Below, in pieces: positions 1-12,295 of a stretch of DNA of 64,000 nt. Made by a program: the position numbers and the translations under genes. The stretch is taken from NCBI RefSeq assembly GCF_036321535.1, contig NC_087436.1:98334001-98398000 (forward strand), written 5' to 3'. The DNA comes from Camelus dromedarius. Taxonomy: Eukaryota. How positions within the stretch are numbered: position 1 is the stretch's first letter; the number at the start of each line of letters is the position of its first letter. The notes under the pieces were generated by a model. It was not told the origin of the DNA. It did not search any database and saw only the letters and a list, made by a program, of their open reading frames with translations.

Positions 1-999
1 AAATACCTTTTTAGTGGACTAGGTAAAATGGGAGGTATATGCTGTGTACACTGGATTGCCTTGGAATGCTTTAATACTTAGACTTGTTTCAGCTCATATA
101 ATATGAGAGGACTAGGTTGGAATTCCAGTACCTTTTATGATTACCACTACAAACCCACAAAATGCAAAACCCCTAGTGCCACACAATCCAACTGATTTAC
201 AGCCAAATTAGAACAAAGGACTGAAAGATCTCAGCCAACCACCAAACCATGTCAGAAAAAGATAAGCACTTTCAAGTTGATTATATGCTTGTCATGTCAA
301 TTAACCCAGTATCCCATTAATAAGCTACTCATGAGGATTCAGTTGCATCATGAGTAGCACAACTACCATTTTTCCTGCCAAAAATATCTTTGTAAGAGAT
401 TGTTTGAACTAGAATTTTCATTCCCCTGGAGGAAGTTTCCTTTTGAAACTTTCCTCTGAAAAAAAAAAGCTCAGTATGATACAGATTGTTGTATAAATTC
501 TCAGAGCCAGGTTTGTTTTGTTTTGATTTTTACGTTTTACAGAAGAAGCATCTGACAAATTATTTTTGTGGGGATACTTTAATATAAAGGTTTAGGGAAA
601 TTGGTGGTGGAATTGGGGTATTTGTGTTAATTTTGGTCAAAAATAAAATATGAGAGGAAACTTTGCTGTTGTTCAAGACTTTAACTTTGAACAACCTTGG
701 CCAAATACACACAAAGTCAACTACAGAATCCTGCATATATATTTCATCTTGACATACGCAGGTTCAGGTTGTTTTACAGAGTTCTGTCACTACTGAAAGG
801 CACCAGAGCCCTAAACTTAAACCTCTTGAAAATCTTAAAGTTGATTCGAGAGTTATAATAGTTTCATCTCAGTCACAGAACCTGACCTGTCAAGTCTTTA
901 ACTTTTACAAACTCTGCTTCTTCAGCAAGTATGTCTTAATATGTTTGACTGACTGCTAGAGTGTGTCTTTGAAAACAGCTTTCTTTTCTCTTCTGGCTT

Positions 1000-1002
<3 letters not shown>

Positions 1003-1036
<34 letters not shown>
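1003..1036. repeat. (AC)17 microsatellite
   Basis: Perfect AC run read directly. Confidence 0.97.
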
Positions 1037-1038
<2 letters not shown>

Positions 1039-1589
1039 GAAAATGCCTCTGAGCGAACATGGATTTCAGACTACTCAATGTTCACTGTAGAGTTTTTCTG
1101 TTTCTTTTCTAAGTCTCAGCTGACTGCAGTGTCACAAGATCATCAGTGTCACATGTATCCTAATCCCAAGGCTCTGGTATGGTTGCTCCAAATATGATGA
1201 TATAATGAGGGACCTATAATATTATTCACTCTGATACAACTCTTAGAAAAATATGAACCACATCAGTTACTTACATTCCTTTTCTGTTACTTAGTAAAGC
1301 CTGAATTTATAAGATCAAAATAGATGATAGAGTTTGGAAGGTAGTAGTGAATTATCAGAAACTTTTCCTTAATATGTGTCATGCATAAAGTATAAGACAA
1401 TAGTCCCAGATGGTTTTACTCATGAACCTCCAATTCTCGCCCCCGTCTCTTTACAAATGAAGACACTCTCAGGCTGATTGAAAGGCAGATCACATCAGCA
1501 ATGTTTCGAATCTGACTGACTGACAAAAGAATGAGTCCACTTAAAAAGAAAGAGAGTTTTATATAGATGCCAAACTTATGCCATTGCAG

Positions 1590-1741
1590 CTTTTTAAAAA
1601 ACTTAATTTAATTATTATTTTTTCTTTTTTTGGGGAGGGAAGTAATTAGATTTATTTGTTTTTAATGGAGGTACTAGGAATTGAACCCAGGACCTGGTAC
1701 ATGCTAAGCACACACTATCACTGAATTATAACCTACTCCCC
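1590..1741 (-). mobile_element. tRNA-Ala-derived SINE (camelid vic-1 type)
   Basis: Minus strand reads ggggag...gtgcttagcatgtaccaggtcctgggttcaattcctagtacctcc, then ctaattacttcccc and an A-rich tail. TSD-like tgccattgcag (1579-1589) / tgccactgcag (1742-1752). Confidence 0.9.
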
Positions 1742-2469
1742 TGCCACTGCAGTTTAGTCTGTGGATTTTAATTCTCAGTACATTTATTGCTATCCTTCAT
1801 TTCGTTAATTTGTGAAGTTTCCTTGTCCTCTTACTATGCCCAGATGACAACAGTATGCAAAATCTATCATGAAGTACATGCAAAATGTCTTAGTCAGCTT
1901 GTGTGTGCAGCCATGTGGATGTAGTTCTGTGCGCCTGTGTCTCCCTGATTTCTTCCTTCTACACATGAATACACAATGTCTTTCTGTTTTGCTCTGTACT
2001 TAGGGTGTCAGTGCTCATCACTCTTATGGTCTGATTACAGTGAGATCGCAAATTAGGCTTTAAAAAGCAACACATTCAATCTGAAAATTATACTGACATT
2101 AACTCTTTAGTGATGAGTCCCTGTATGATTTTGGTCGACTGATCTAGAAGAAAAAAATGCCAACCCACTTGAGAAGAATTCATATTGGCTACATGCTAGG
2201 GGATGACACAATAAAACTACTTTCTCTTTTTCATTTCTGTGTAATACATAGGCTCCTGGTGCTTTGTAAGATACAAAGGTGCACATGCCAGAAAAAAACT
2301 AATTCTGAAATACTTAGCTCTCCATATGGTAAAGCCAAGTGTAAATGATTTCACCATTTGTAACTCCCTACCCACTGTTGTTATATAGGGAATTGAAAAT
2401 GCCCTTCTTACTACAAGGACATTGTAATTAAAAATTTAAAAACACCAACAACTGTAATGTAGTCTTTAA

Positions 2470-2620
2470 GGGAGGGCATAGCTCAGTGGTAGAGCAAGTG
2501 CCTAGCATGCACGAGGTCGTGGGTTCAATCCCCAGTACTTTCATTAAATAAATAAATACATATATACATACATACATTCATACCCTAATTACCTCACCCC
2601 CAGAAAACAAAACAAAACAA
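2470..2620 (+). mobile_element. tRNA-Ala-derived SINE (camelid vic-1 type)
   Basis: A box tagctcagtgg, B box ggttcaatccc, Ala(AGC)-like loop ctagcat, then AT-rich linker, cctaattacctcacccc and a (caaaa)n tail. Confidence 0.93.
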
Positions 2621-3011
2621 TATACTCTTTGGTGTCATCTTGTTTTTTAATGAGACTTCCCTATTTTGTACATAATTACAGAGGGAGAGTGAGTATGCAG
2701 AAAGAACGTGAAGACTTTTTTTTCCTTTCATGTTTTACCTTGAGACTTTTAGCCTCCATCAAATTGAACTCCTGATTGTTAAGTACTGAAGGATATGTTT
2801 CTCTTTGTAACTTTTTTCTTTCATGAATACTCAAATTCTTTCATCTCCTACTCAATATTCAGACAAACCCAAAACAGAACACCCTCTGCTTTAGTGCCTT
2901 AGAATGTAATCATACAGAAAATGTGGTTAAAATGTTTTTAATCAGCGGTTAATTGCCTGAACTAGATTCTGCAAATACTAAAGCTAAATCTTCATCTTAA
3001 CATAGGCATGT

Positions 3012-3425
3012 ATGTTAGTCAGGAATCTTTCAGTTGCAAGTGACATTAACTCATTTCAAATTAACTTCGGCGTAAATGGGGGTTAATGGGCTTGCATAAT
3101 TCTGAAGAGCAAAGGTGCCTGTTGGAAATATTTCGGCCAATGGCCTTGATGTCTCCAGGACATTTTTTTCGTCTTCTCCTCACTTTAGTTTCTCTGTGCA
3201 TGAAAATTCATTTCTCTTCAATTGCTGACTAGAGTTTTCTCCTTGTAAGCACAGAGAAAATAGGAGGTGGTGAAAGCTCTTGGTAACATAAGAGAAAATG
3301 GAGAGGGAGGGGGAGAGAGAGAAAGAGAGACTGTAATTAACTTTGGTTATGTGCCAACTCTTTGAATTAATCATGGTAGCCACCGGAATAAAATACTATC
3401 ATTAGGCCAGCCTTGGTCACAGGAA
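3012..3425 (-). mobile_element. old MaLR LTR remnant (MLT1J/K/L-like)
   Basis: tgttagtcaggaatctttcagttgcaagtgac and ttaggccagccttggtcaca resemble recalled MLT1K-type motifs. Confidence 0.55.
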
Positions 3426-5563
3426 GTCCCAAAAAACAATTACAGTATAATGAGTGGGATAATAAAGTGAGTGACAAGTTTTTAGGAAAAAAAAATCTCA
3501 GTACTATGTAGTAATCATGAGAAAGTTTGTACAGATGAATTAATGGTTTATTCTGTGGATTAGGGAAAGAATTCTATACAGGAAGCTTTTGACCTGGCCT
3601 AAAACATAGAAGGATTTTTGTGAGGGAAACAGAAAATTTGGAGCATTCCAATAGAAGAGCCTCTGAAAAGGCCTAGAGGTGAAAAATCATGGTATGCATG
3701 TATTTTAAGTATTATTACTTAAAACACTCTAAGGTGTTTTTGAGTTGATTTTTACATTTTTTAATATGATGATGTGTGTAGAAATTGAAAAGTTTTACTT
3801 AGAAACACTGGACATCAATGGGCCGTTCCATGTGGTAATATTACTTAGCTTAAACTTAGTATTTCAAGATACCTCACAGATAAAGTCATCCAAGTTTTAG
3901 CATGTCTTTACTTAGCCCAGTCACATGTAAATGCATGTGTATTGTTTTGCTTGGCACATGGTCTTTTCATCAGATCGAGTATATAGAAAATTGTATTAAA
4001 ATGTCAAACTGAGAGGGCTTTTTTTGCAATGTAAACAAAGTAGTCTTAAGATGTTATTAAATATTATGATATGTATGATATTTTCAGGAAAATGGAAGAG
4101 GCATATAAAAGATGCAAGATGAAATCTATCTTGACAAAGAAAATTTACTATAAATGTCATTATTACATCAAGCCTCTAAAAGTGATTCGAAGAGAAACCC
4201 AAAAGCTTAGAGATGGTTTGCGTGTAAGCATGATGTGACATTCAACTGAACAGTAGTAATTATCACAAACAAGCCAGGCGAAAGGAGGCAAGGACACTTT
4301 CACCATCAGCAAATAAGAAGCAAAGCAAGTAATATTCCCAGAGGAAATTCTATTATATCTTTAAGCATTCAGCAATACAAAATACCATTAGCTCTTTTTT
4401 TTTCCAACATAAAACTGATAATTCTGTTTATTCTGGCTGTCATATTTTCCATTAAATTCCTGAGAATTTTTTTATTATCAAACCTTTCACAAAGACTTCA
4501 TAAAGATAAACTACCAGTTTAATAAGAGAGAAGTTAATCAATAGATGTCCTCTGTCCTTTACCAGAGTAGTATATAATATAACAACCCCCAAATCCCAAG
4601 AGGCTGCTGGCTATGAGAATGAAGTTGCTGTTACATATTTCACCTACGGCCTCTTCTGTTGTGGTGGTGGTTATTTTCTGTGAATGTTTATTCTTTAAAA
4701 TAGACACCCATGAGTGATATGACTGAGTCAACATGCTACTGACAAATTGCTTTCCAAAAGAGATGTGAAGAACTGCATATGTAGGAGCCCCTATTTCACC
4801 TCTCTTGCCATCTTTGGATTGTTAGTGCCAGAAAACAGACTAACCAGAAGAGTGTTCCTTTGTTTTGTTTTGAGGAAAGACAGTGACATGGCCAGATTTA
4901 TTTTATAGTTAGATTGCTAATGGCAGTGGAGAACAGGGCGAATGAGCCACAGGAGGAGGCAGGCATGGCCACACAGAGCTCTCCGTTCCGTGGATGTTCA
5001 CAGGAGTCGGGTTTCTCCTACAGATACTGGAGGCAGCCACCTCCAGCTTGCAGGGCTGGGAGAAGTCTTTCTGTAAAAGGCTTGGATGAGCCTTCATCAC
5101 TCTGTGATGTGACAGGCACATGTTACAGAAAGCAAGATACAAAAGCAAATAAGATTGGTGATTATTGTCAAGTAGCTAAATGTAGTGGAGGACACCAGGA
5201 TTCAGCCATTTTTCTTGAATAAACGATCCTTCCTTGTTGCAAGCTGATAGTTAATTTCCAAAATCCTGAAAAAGTTGAATATGACAGCTTTTTCCAGTGC
5301 TCTTTTTGATGTTCTGGAGGATCAGAGGTCTTTATTCTGTCCACCATTCTTGATATTGAAACCCAGTTGTTTCTTACGTATTTCAATGAAGAAGCCTAAC
5401 TCCATAAAATGGTTGGTGTCAAAAAAAAAATGTGATTCTGTGTACCTGGATTCCATCTTTCTTTAAAGATCTACAGATAATGAAAACAATGATCTGCACA
5501 TGAGATAGAAAGAGGAACTTCTAAAAGTTTAGACTTAGCATACATACATTTTCAAAGAAAGTG

Positions 5564-5565
<2 letters not shown>

Positions 5566-5603
<38 letters not shown>
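5566..5603. repeat. (AC)19 microsatellite
   Basis: Perfect AC run read directly. Confidence 0.97.
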
Positions 5604-5606
<3 letters not shown>

Positions 5607-5724
5607 TCTCTGAGTATATGACCTAACTTTTCTCCAAGAAAGTAGGTAACTAATATCATATCATTGTAATCTATATAATATAATATAACTTATAGTATAG
5701 AATAGTAGCACATAATATTTTATT

Positions 5725-6080
5725 TGTTGGGAAAGGCAGTCGTGCTCAGCGTCTGTCTCCCAGTTCTGGGCTTGTCCTGCTTGGGTACCTGTGTCAGTAA
5801 CCTTCAGGCATGCCCCCAATTTTCTGTATTTCAGGGTGGAAGTCCTTCTTCTGCAGCACGACATGTGGTGTGTCCAGCCACGTCAGCATCTGTGGGGTGG
5901 ATATGCTGGCCTTGGGAGACTGTCACGTTGCAAGAGGCTGGATCTTGGACATTCTCTTTCCTCTCTTGCTGTAAGTAAACACTGTACTACTTACACCTGG
6001 TGTGTGTTTTGTCTCTTCTCAGTGACCTCAAATCACAACCTGCTCTCTTCCCTGGGTGGTACTTGTCTGCCTTGGTCACA
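5725..6080 (+). mobile_element. solo LTR-like element (ERVL-like, family uncertain)
   Basis: GC-richer block in AT-rich DNA; starts tgttgggaaaggcagtc, has agtaaa before a U5-like tract, ends in ca. Confidence 0.5.
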
Positions 6081-6254
6081 TAGCTCACAGTGCATGGGAC
6101 CTCATGTACTTCTTAGCAGGGAATTAGCCTAGAGTTCTTAGTACGTGAAAAGATCAACAGATGTTACCTATTTTTATTTTTATTATTTTAGACAGAAACA
6201 TACCTAAGGAGCTGCTAAAAAATGTTTAGGAATAAATATGATATGTTAAGATGT

Positions 6255-6483
6255 TGGTATGGGCTTTTGAAGCATTACTAAATTAAAATCCCAAATTTAG
6301 TAATTCCTAACTGTGTGATCTTTGTAAAGTTGTTTATTTTTAGTTTCTTTATGTGTACTTGGGGGTATTATTGGTGGTGACCTCATTAGTTTAGTATGAG
6401 AATAAATGCAATGATACCAGTGAAGTGCCTAATTTTATACTTAGCACATATTAATCACTAAATTAGTGTTAGCTCTTATTATA
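6255..6483 (+). mobile_element. MIR SINE
   Basis: Core ctgtgtgatctttgtaaagttg and 3' end cttagcacatattaatcactaaattagtgttagctcttatt. Confidence 0.7.
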
Positions 6484-9445
6484 TCTGCTCTTTGATCTAA
6501 CTTCTTGAGCCTTCTGTGTTCTCCCAGTGCTTTCTGCTCCTAATTATGAATTCTTTTGCTCTGCTAAGAGACTAATCCATATCCTATGGAATGAGAGCTA
6601 TTGAGTTTTTTTTTTTTTATTTATTTAATTTTTGGAGAGAGAATTCATATCCAATTTGGAGTTAGCTGAAATATCACATAAATGTTCCTTTAAACAAGTG
6701 ATGCAAGCATACATAATATTTCAGATTGTATGCAGGGTAGTAAAACCTTAAATAATGTTGTATTTATAATGGAAAATTAGAATTTGATGGCATGTATTTT
6801 GAAGATCATCGTGGAAGAATAATAAAAATACTGAAATAAGAAGGCAAAACAGCAGGGCAGAATGGTATAAGATAAAGTAGAACAAAGAAGGAAAAGAAAT
6901 TAACAGAATTAGGAAAACACAATCAGGAAAGTCCCGAGATGGGACTTTGGTGAAACCTACCCCTATTTGAATAATGTGTAGTCTTGTCTAATTTTTACAA
7001 GTGGAGGAGCTGCATGGGCCAAGGAAATGGGACTCAAATATAGTGTGATGCTTAAAGAAGAGCATTTATTGATAAATTATTGATGCAGGCGATGTGAAAA
7101 ATGTTCAGAAGGTACATGACCTCATTCACAAATTTCAGGCTTATTGAGATCTACATAAATAATGCAGCGTGCATGCATTTTAGGTTAAAGGACATTTTAA
7201 ACAAACATAGAAAAAATTACTATTCTTACTATCAAAGAAATATCTTACATAGGAGTTTTACAACTCTCTTTTCATGAACAATCTCAGTAAGGCTTTGAAG
7301 CCTTCAAAATGTTCTAATTTAATTTCCCCAATTGGGCTGAGAGAGTCAAATACAAGGATGAATGACTCACCCTAGTTTCTACCTATTTGTGATAAAAACT
7401 TCATAATCATATCTAATTTAACCTTTATGACAGCTGAAGTTAAATTTTAAATACTAATTAGAGGTGAATAACGAATAACATCAACTTTTAAACCTCACAG
7501 GAAACCTTACATATTCAAGGTCTTTTAGTTTTCCCTAAAGTCGTCTTTGCTTTAAATTCAGAGTACTTAATTTTAACTCATTTCAACCTTTGGCACTTGG
7601 TCCATATTCTAGCTATTTAATCAATTTAGAGTCTGTTTTTTGATTCCTGAAATATAATTAGGGAAAAAATAAAATAACTTTTGCTAAAGCAACCCTAATT
7701 TTGACAACTAATGATCACATAGACTAAAGAAGATGTATCTATGGCAAATTATGTGAAGTCATGTTGTGCCGATATTCAAAGGTGGCATGATTAGTCTCTT
7801 TTCTCATTAACTTCTTATAAGGTGTAGTGAGGCTGTTAGACTCAGTTCCCATTAGATCAGGCAGACTGTCAATAAACTAGTTTTTCTAGTTGTGGATGGT
7901 GCTGAATTTTCATTGTTGAGGGAAGCAAACACTTCTCGAGACTTAATGTATTGACAGCTGAAGACTCTTCTGAGAAGTCTCTAAATAAGACAAGAAATTT
8001 AAAACACACTCACTGGTAAATTTAATATAGAGCATATTAAATATCAAAGATTTACAAAAATGAATATAAGCGACTATAACAATAGAGAAAAACAATCGTT
8101 AATCAGCTCTCCTTCAGAGGAGGGATAAAAGGGAACTTTTAATGCCCAGAGATATATAAAGCATATTTTTAAAAAATTAATATTGTTACTGCTAGTACTT
8201 AAGATGCTGAGAAAAAGTCCATCAAAATAATTTTAAAGTTAAAAGAATTTTACCCTCTTGGGCTTTGGTTTAGTACCCATAAGATAAATTAATATTTTTA
8301 ATCTAGCCATTTTTCTTCTCTCTCTCTCTCTTTGTAAATAATTTAGACTGAAATCCAGACTTTCAATATAATTCGAATTTAACCTTAATTTTATGGATTT
8401 ATTGTCTAAGAAGAATGGAATAAACCTTTATTCCATTACGGTTTTTTCTTATGGCTATAAAAACAGTCGAGTTGCCAATCCTCCCAACAGATCTTAATAC
8501 AATTGCTTGTTGTTGTCTGTATGAGTCACACAACCTCACCTAGGCATCCAGGCCCAGATATATGTGCATAAGGGCAGTTTCCTCTTTGAATGGCTTGCTG
8601 CTTCTTTACCTCATCCTATGAATTAAGAATATTGCATTTAATAAATCACTAGACATGGAATGATTCTAAATAATGTGAAGTAGTTGATCAATATTGATAT
8701 ATATTAATTCATTGAAAGTTAATAACTCTGGCATATTCATTATATTTATGTTTTGAAAAAAAATGGAGTTGAAGTGGAATCTTATTTAATAGGAATGCTT
8801 TGGACTTCACAGGAGTGAACAGCTGTGCATGCATAGAAACAGATTGTTGTTCATTCTCTACAAGTTAAAAAGTGCCCAGAGGTGCAAGCTGAGTAGTTCT
8901 GTTAGCTCTTAACTCTAACTTCACAAAATGGAGACCTTGCGTTTGAGTATCTTGCATGTTTACTTCATCCGTTCTCACTGGAATAAGCCTCAGATCTTTT
9001 CTGATAGATGCCAAAACTTTATTTAACAAATTTTAGCTGTTTAAATTTATTAAACTATTCAAAGTGTGGCTCTAAGAAATTTGGTTGAAAAATCTTGGTT
9101 ACATTTGTTTAGCTCTATTCTTTTCAGTAAATTATCTTCACATCATTTTATTCTTTAACTTTTTTCACTACAATTTCTTCTTGTTATTTATTTAAATGGC
9201 ACAGAAATATTAGAGCAGTGTATTTGTCTGTCAGCACTGTCATAGCAAAAGATTAGGTGGCTTAAACAATATAAATTCATGGTCTCGAGATTTTGGAGAC
9301 TGGAGGGGCAAGATAAGGTGTGGGGAGGTTTGGTTTCTTCTGGGGTCTCTGTCCTTGGCTTGCAGATGGCTGCCTTCTGACTCTGTCCTTTCATGGCCTT
9401 TCTCCAGTGCCTGTGCACCCCTGGGAGGGCAGACAGAGCTGCTTT

Positions 9446-9954
9446 TGTTAGGTAGTTAAAGTCAGGGCACCAGGCAGTTAGGTGGAGGAGAGGGAAGATG
9501 GTCTGGAAGATGGCGTTATGCCTGCCTTCAGTGTAAACGAGCTTTACTTCTTCTAAATGAGTGCCAGCAAGAAACCGGTTAAGACCCAGTGACTGCGCAG
9601 TAGCAGAAAGGATCTAACCGTGTATTATAATTAACATTGTGGTTTAGGCACACCTCCCCTGCCATGGGTTTCTCTCTGTCACCATGAGTAAGGACGTGCT
9701 TAAAGAGATTAAACATGACTAAGCGCTCCAGGGACAAGAACCATCAATCAATCAAAATGACTGATAAGAGGAAGGGGAGACAACACCACGATTCCTCCTT
9801 GAATCAGCCTCCCACTCTTGGGGCGTGCTGTTTTTTCCTAAACAGATCTTTTAAAATCATTTTGCTACACAGCACTCTCTGTCTCCCATCTGTAAATCTT
9901 ACTTTTCAGGTAGGACAAGAATTGGGGTCTTTTCCATTTCCCTTTTGGGTAACA
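9446..9954 (+). mobile_element. ERV1-like solo LTR (509 bp)
   Basis: Terminal inverted tgtta...taaca; 4-bp flanks cttt/ctct (one mismatch); U5-like end gtaggacaagaattgggg. Confidence 0.75.
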
Positions 9955-10528
9955 CTCTGAGGAAGACACTTCTAAGCTTCTAAATCAGCTTCCCAAAGAC
10001 ACCTCATCCTTTACCCACTGTCCTGGAGCATTGAGGTTTTCAGAACCTTCCTGAATATTCCTCAACTGGGCAATCCCAGCCCAGGGCAAATCGTCAGGGA
10101 GCCTTGACAAGGAGAATGCTCCTTTCCATGAGGATCCTCTTATCCTTATTATGTTTAAAAGGCCAGAGGGAAAACAAGGATTCTGAGCTTTTAAGAGTAA
10201 GTCTAGCAAAGAAAAACTTTCTGATGCTCCTCTGACACACACACACACAAAAAACTACTGAAGTTCTAAACTTCTCCTGTGGAACATTTCTCAAAAATGT
10301 ATTTATCTAAAAGGTGACTGTACTCGGTCTCAAACTCGAAAAACAATAATAGTAACAAAATTACATTAAAATATTATTCAGTGTTGCAGAAAAGATATTA
10401 AGGCTTTCTATTATTTACAGTAAACAAGCAAATACATTAAAAACAAAACAAGAAAACCTCAGTCTTCCTTTTCTGAAACCTCTGACCAGAGGGGACACTG
10501 TGCCTCCTTCCAAATGACCAAGACCCTT

Positions 10529-10563
10529 TGCAGAGACTGCTCTGCAGAGACTGCTCTGCAGAG
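10529..10563. repeat. 14-bp tandem repeat, 2.5 copies (tgcagagactgctc)
   Basis: Read directly. Confidence 0.9.
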
Positions 10564-12295
10564 CCATCCTCAGATTAGAAACACTGACTCTGGAGGGAAT
10601 CATATGGAAGATGGGGGAGAGGGCAGGGGGCAGGGGAGAAGAGAGGTCTAGACTCAGGCAAGGGATCCTGGCCTCCTCTCCTGGGACCCTTGCTGCATTT
10701 TGCCATCCTTGGGTGGACAGGCTAAGCTGAAGGTGATCGCGAGAGCTGTCCAGTAGCCTCCTCTTTTTATAAGAACTCCAGTCCTGTTGGATTAGGACCC
10801 AACCCTTAAAACTTTAACTTTAATTATCTCTTTAAAGATATGGTCTCATTGAGCACTGGGGCTTCAACAATGGATTTTGGAAGGACGTGATTCATTCCAC
10901 AACAGGCAATTATTAGCTAAGTTTTGCCCATGCCTGAAAAGAATGTCTCCATCAGTCACATCAACAGAAACTCATGCTTGCTGTATATATAGGTCTTCCA
11001 ATCTGTTTCCAGAACAACATTCTTAGATTGTAAGTCCTATTGTCTTAATCCGTGAAGTAAGACTGAATGCACAGACATGTTACTGGAATTCTGTTGATAA
11101 CTGACTTCCATAGAAGTAAATATGTCTATTCCTCCTAAACCCCCATAGTAGGTTTGAATAAACGTATTGTTTGACATATCCCTTTTAACTTTGCAATATA
11201 GTTGATTTTGTTGCTGGATAATATTTCTATCCTGACTGGGTTTTATGCATGAGACTATGTTTGATTTATATTTGATACCTGTTTTTATCAGATACAAAAT
11301 ATCAGCATTCAGTGAATAAATGATCAGTTTAGTGATCAAATATGTTTGCTAAATATAAATATAGAGCTTCAGGAGAATTATCTTAACATGTAGATTCTGC
11401 TAATTCATTCCCCTTATATTAGAATCATCGACAGTTTAGGTGATAATTGATTTCAAACAAAGACCTCTGTTCTCTAGTTTCATAATTTTACTTCCAGCCT
11501 TTCAAATATGACAGTATTTTATTATAACTTCTTTTATTGTAATTTGTATATATATATACACATGATTTGAGGAATTTGACTAGTCAACATATCCATGAAT
11601 TCCTAATGAGTTTCTTAGCCCTCAACCAATTTCCTCTTGAATGACAGACACTTGGCTTGTCTGCTCTCATGTCAAGTCTCTACAGCTGGCTTTCTCATCA
11701 GTTACATGCCCTCCACTGACATACTGGAGCAGTAGAAAACAGCCTGACCCTAAAGATACGCTATGCTACTCATTTTGATGATCAGACCTGCACAACCATG
11801 GGAGGTATAGGGGTTCAGAGCAGGTCTCCCCAAGATGTGTTGCTTTGGCATATGGAGTATTTTGAGCTGAAGGCAATGGAGGCCCTGGAGGCTCAAGAGA
11901 AACAGCTGCCAACTCCCTTAACTACCTAGAAGAATTTAAATTGAGCATTTTTCCCAGAAAAAGAGTTGTTACCACAGATAAATTTTACCTAGGTGGCTCC
12001 ATCTATATGGTAAGGCATATATGTAATTATCAAACGTTTGCTCTTCTTCCAATCATCCTGTGAATGACTCTTTTGTCCTTGGAAGCCCCAGTCCCCTACC
12101 CAATTCTTTAGTTCAGGATGGCATATATACCTCATTTTACCTTTGTATTTTTGAATCTCTCATGTATATGGGGTTTCTGGTGTCCCATGTATGTGGGCTT
12201 CTTGTACATATAAAATTAATTTTGATTTTCTTCTGTTACTCTGTCTTGACATAATTCCTTTTTTTATGGTTAGCATTTTTTAGCAATAAAGTACT

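Larger units (their letters stand above)
9219..10904 (-). mobile_element. MLT1A/B-type MaLR solo LTR split in two (9219-9424 and about 10758-10904)
   Basis: Left part has ggtggcttaaacaa and ggcttgcagatggctgccttc...tgtgcacccctgg. Right part resumes ctcctctttttataagaactccagtc...ttggattaggacccaaccct and ends cttcaacaatggattttggaagg...ccacaaca. Confidence 0.85.

Noticed and set aside
2470..2542. tRNA-Ala gene
   Set aside because: Imperfect acceptor stem, SINE-specific tail and three related copies in the window indicate a SINE.
4914..5222. 102-aa ORF in a GC-richer unique patch
   Set aside because: Non-ATG start, no recognisable domain and no convincing splice pair; a regulatory role cannot be excluded.
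8687..8698. 12-bp palindrome atcaatattgat and similar short AT stems
   Set aside because: Expected by chance in AT-rich 64 kb.
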